Source: Oscillospiraceae bacterium (lineage in GTDB: Bacteria > Bacillota > Clostridia > Oscillospirales > Ruminococcaceae). Taken from it: 56,895 bases of DNA. The stretch spans positions 1 to 56,895 of the forward strand of contig WRJN01000001.1 of assembly GCA_009778605.1 (NCBI GenBank), read 5' to 3'. Every line of letters starts with the position of its first letter. Positions within the stretch are counted from its first letter, which is position 1. The notes below the pieces were generated by a model. The model had not been told where the DNA came from. It did not search any database and saw only the letters and a list, made by a program, of their open reading frames with translations. Of this stretch, positions 55,001 to 56,895 are shown piece after piece. The translations under genes were made by a program, and so were the position numbers.

Positions 55001-55658
55001 CGCAACAGGCGGCGATAATCAAAACAGAATCCTCATGATTCCGACTTATGCGGCAAGCACACACACCTATAGCGCGCAAAACGCATTCGACGGATACGTT
55101 AAACCGTCTGACCCGCTCAACCCCGGCGTGAACAAGTTCATCATGTCAGTTCACGCATATGTCCCCACGAACTTCACCGGGGTACTGGGCGTAGGCACAA
55201 CCTACAACGTAGCGGACATCGTCACTATGATGGACGGTGTTAAGAGCGCGGCAGACAAACTCGGAATGCCTGTTGTCATTGGTGAGTACGGCGCAGTCGC
55301 AAGGGCTGAATCGTCCACTGACCCTGCTGAAACAGTCCGCGTAAACTGGACGAAAGACTATGTCAGCAACGCGCGCTCTCGCGGAATGGTGCCGGTTTGG
55401 TGGGATACGGGAATCCGCGAAGGCGGTATCGGTGTAACTGAAGGACGGTTCGGGCTGTTCAATCGCCACAACACACAAGCATTCTCAGCTGGCGGCGTAT
55501 CAACCCCTGCATTCGGCAACCGCTACCCCAACATCACCAACGCAATCATGCAAGGCGCAGGTGTAGTCCTCGGCGCGACTTATGAAGTACCGTCACCACT
55601 CGGCGGCAGTACAGGCGCGTGGGTGCCCATGTCGCATGAGTTATCGGCGGCGGCTTGA
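52038..55658 (+). CDS. Secreted GH5 glycoside hydrolase with an atypical N-terminal dockerin and Ig-like repeats
   Basis: GWNYGNALD, IRIPITW, NSHHD, acid/base NEP, nucleophile GEYG, WWD; duplicated MSDALQxLR helices. Confidence 0.9.
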   Translation: MKKRFLAMLLTCAVLLSFSVPLTLPAAADGNECRENAAMSDALQILRRLVKLTPATPSPCLALTKPGPPPEFYMSDALQVLRKLVKLSHDSLKQPCPRLSPECPNYDVNNHSSTGQASTNNPTGGSGTTPTGDTPTAVGTVNVEQITIRRDLPTASTNVTGTAVGEITLNTTALPAWLTAAVVGGQVVVSLNNAAAPADGEFKVYEIHVWRGGVRASLFVTSTLSGQDGSTKGGTPDTATPPTGVPTLPPTTPPPTNSGTPTTGGTPDTSNPGKTFKSDDVITITDRTNPTGSTMVSGTATGEITVTANGLPSWLEIVINQATNVITVRLAPNATVPDTPVAQVCNLTLSRENVSAPLTVSVSLGGKDDPNISATPVTITRANANATSTVTGSADAITELNRTNIPAWLLITAVGGSEIQVSLASVGVPVDAVSQIFTATFQKGSVTGQLTITVNLTGDIATGLPTTGTETPPTTNTTDENTPTETSDSPTDTTPPPTTTGAPPDTPAPPTTTEQIVVPMPAGVVYDMQLDGDFDRFTGSNSGTLGHLFLRVGDSSGTLKMTGSGTAPNRQILIEGRGGTSQGLRMRPNEIDITPRVGHQYTVEITGSVANGSNLRLRQEKPEQVAIATGTATSVSATVSAASITGEGIEWSIGNSSGNSDMTITGMKITRVCPTGCTMCAEYTTTITGGGTGSSATPASAISGQTVTLRAGTRTGFLFDGWTVTSGGVTLDVANSANASFVMGTANVAVTANWKEHKGGLSPQYSAADAMAKMKVGWNYGNALDCYNGNREAPATGYSNPWSNPRVANYGALTVSQMETNWMGGSNYAAKPDLFKNVKGAGFDTIRIPITWYKAIRAPGALTTTPTTATLDGNFIIHPDYLKRVKEIVTWAHEEGFTVIINSHHDDFIMPFNNASDMAKTEATIKKLWTIIANEFKDFDERLIFEVLNEPRQVGSTQEWGAGGSGAAGLENRQRVNRMNQAAVDAIRATGGDNQNRILMIPTYAASTHTYSAQNAFDGYVKPSDPLNPGVNKFIMSVHAYVPTNFTGVLGVGTTYNVADIVTMMDGVKSAADKLGMPVVIGEYGAVARAESSTDPAETVRVNWTKDYVSNARSRGMVPVWWDTGIREGGIGVTEGRFGLFNRHNTQAFSAGGVSTPAFGNRYPNITNAIMQGAGVVLGATYEVPSPLGGSTGAWVPMSHELSAAA

Positions 55659-55906
55659 CGAACGGTTAAATCAGACAATTAACCCAAATATTAGCAAGAG
55701 CGGACAATTTGTCTGCTCCTGCTTTTGGGTTTGTTTACACACACTATACAATTTGCACAAAAAATCTGTACATTAGTCATGATTTTAGCACGTTTTTTTG
55801 TGCAACACGCTAAAAATCACCATAAACATAAAATAATCGTTGACACGCTTAATAAAGCATGATATAATAAGGGGACGAAGATAAATTGAAAGGGGTGCAA
55901 TGTAGC

Positions 55907-56710
55907 ATGGCTATAGAAGTGTTTAAGCGTCTCGAAATCAAGTACATCATGGACCAAGAGCGGTATCAACATATCACCAATTTCATGAGCAAGTACATGA
56001 ATCTTGACGAGTACAACCAGGGCGGCAACTTCTACTCTATTGCCAACATTTATTACGACACGCAAGACCACAACATCATTCGCAGGTCTGTAATGAAACC
56101 CAAGTATAAAGAAAAATTGCGGCTGAGGGCGTACGGCGTGCCGACGCTTGATGACAAAGTTTATTTGGAAATCAAAAAAAAGTATAAGGGAATCGTCTAC
56201 AAACGGCGCGTCACCATGAAACTTCACGAAGCGTACAAGTTTATCGAAACCGCCGAAGTCCCCCCAAAAGACAGCAAGCGATACGTTCAGAATCAGGTTT
56301 TTCAGGAACTCAAGCACACGCTTGAATTTTACAAACCCGTCCCCATGATTTATTTAGCATATGACCGCATCGCATACTTCGGCAAAAGCCCTGATGAGGG
56401 TGGGCCGGGGCGAGAACTGCGAATCTCGTTTGACTTCAACGTGAGGACGCGGCGCGAAAATACAGGGCTTGAAATCGGCGACCACGGCGAACTTCTGCAA
56501 GAACCCGGTTGGGTAATTATGGAAGTCAAAGCGGGTCAACCCCTACCACAATGGTTGTTGGACTACTTTGCCGAACACGATATGCGACGCGGCAGTTTTT
56601 CCAAGTACGGGCAGGAATACAAGCGGTTCTTAACGCGCCAAATCGAGGCGGGTGCGGCAATCACCGACACGGAAGTGGTGAAAGAACGCCGCCCCATGCA
56701 CGCTACGTAA
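55907..56710 (+). CDS. VTC-domain (polyphosphate polymerase-like) protein
   Basis: RLEIKY, NIYYDT, KLRLRAY, EIKKK, LRISFD, MEVK, FSKY. Confidence 0.88.
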   Translation: MAIEVFKRLEIKYIMDQERYQHITNFMSKYMNLDEYNQGGNFYSIANIYYDTQDHNIIRRSVMKPKYKEKLRLRAYGVPTLDDKVYLEIKKKYKGIVYKRRVTMKLHEAYKFIETAEVPPKDSKRYVQNQVFQELKHTLEFYKPVPMIYLAYDRIAYFGKSPDEGGPGRELRISFDFNVRTRRENTGLEIGDHGELLQEPGWVIMEVKAGQPLPQWLLDYFAEHDMRRGSFSKYGQEYKRFLTRQIEAGAAITDTEVVKERRPMHAT

Positions 56711-56757
56711 AGTGTGCAGACCCCTGTCAAGGCGCGAAATCACAGCAAACATCTGCT

Positions 56758-56875
56758 AAGAGCTTGTTTATTATCTCCGAGTGAGTGAAATTTTGAAGCG
56801 AATTTTTCGTCAGACGAGACGAATTTTCGCAGTAGGCTTTGTGCCTTTCAAGAAAATTCAACGAAGTATGGCGGG
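56758..56875 (+). mobile_element. Family C element, copy 5 (right end missing at the window edge)
   Basis: Left end TAAGAGCTTGT as in copy 3; core GTCAGACGAGACGAA...TCAACGAAGTATGGC. Confidence 0.75.
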
Positions 56876-56895
56876 CAGACCCATGGGAGCGGGCT

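Noticed and set aside
56876-56895. Divergent right end of family C copy 5
   Set aside because: It lies at the window or contig edge, so truncation cannot be told from an assembly artefact

Overview
A single-copy chromosomal region of a low-GC Gram-positive anaerobe. The 16S sequence, dockerin-bearing proteins and sporulation-type genes suggest Oscillospiraceae/Ruminococcaceae-like Clostridia; this placement is an inference. The window opens with a minus-strand rRNA operon (16S, tRNA-Ile, tRNA-Ala, and 23S truncated at the window edge). Housekeeping blocks follow: thrS, glgBCD, purM-purN-IMP cyclohydrolase-AICAR transformylase, a PASTA pseudokinase-ispD-remA-gmk-priA run, rny, rlmD, an ECF sigma with an LRR anti-sigma, uvrA, a LytTR system, SOD, a MacB-like ABC transporter, cheV, a 2-oxoacid:ferredoxin oxidoreductase operon carrying a PIN toxin-antitoxin pair, a dockerin-bearing GH5 and a VTC-domain gene. 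The most striking signal is non-coding: several families of small structured repeats, with no transposase in the window. Family A (~62 bp) sits inside 16S rRNA helix 6, in the rRNA spacer and in an mRNA. Family B (~65-75 bp) inserts at stop codons with 11-15 bp duplications, and one copy is translated in frame in RlmD. Family C (~160 bp) is MITE-like, with co-varying stems. The three families appear to share a CAAG/CGCNG internal-loop motif. All calls come from reading the sequence; no searches were run.
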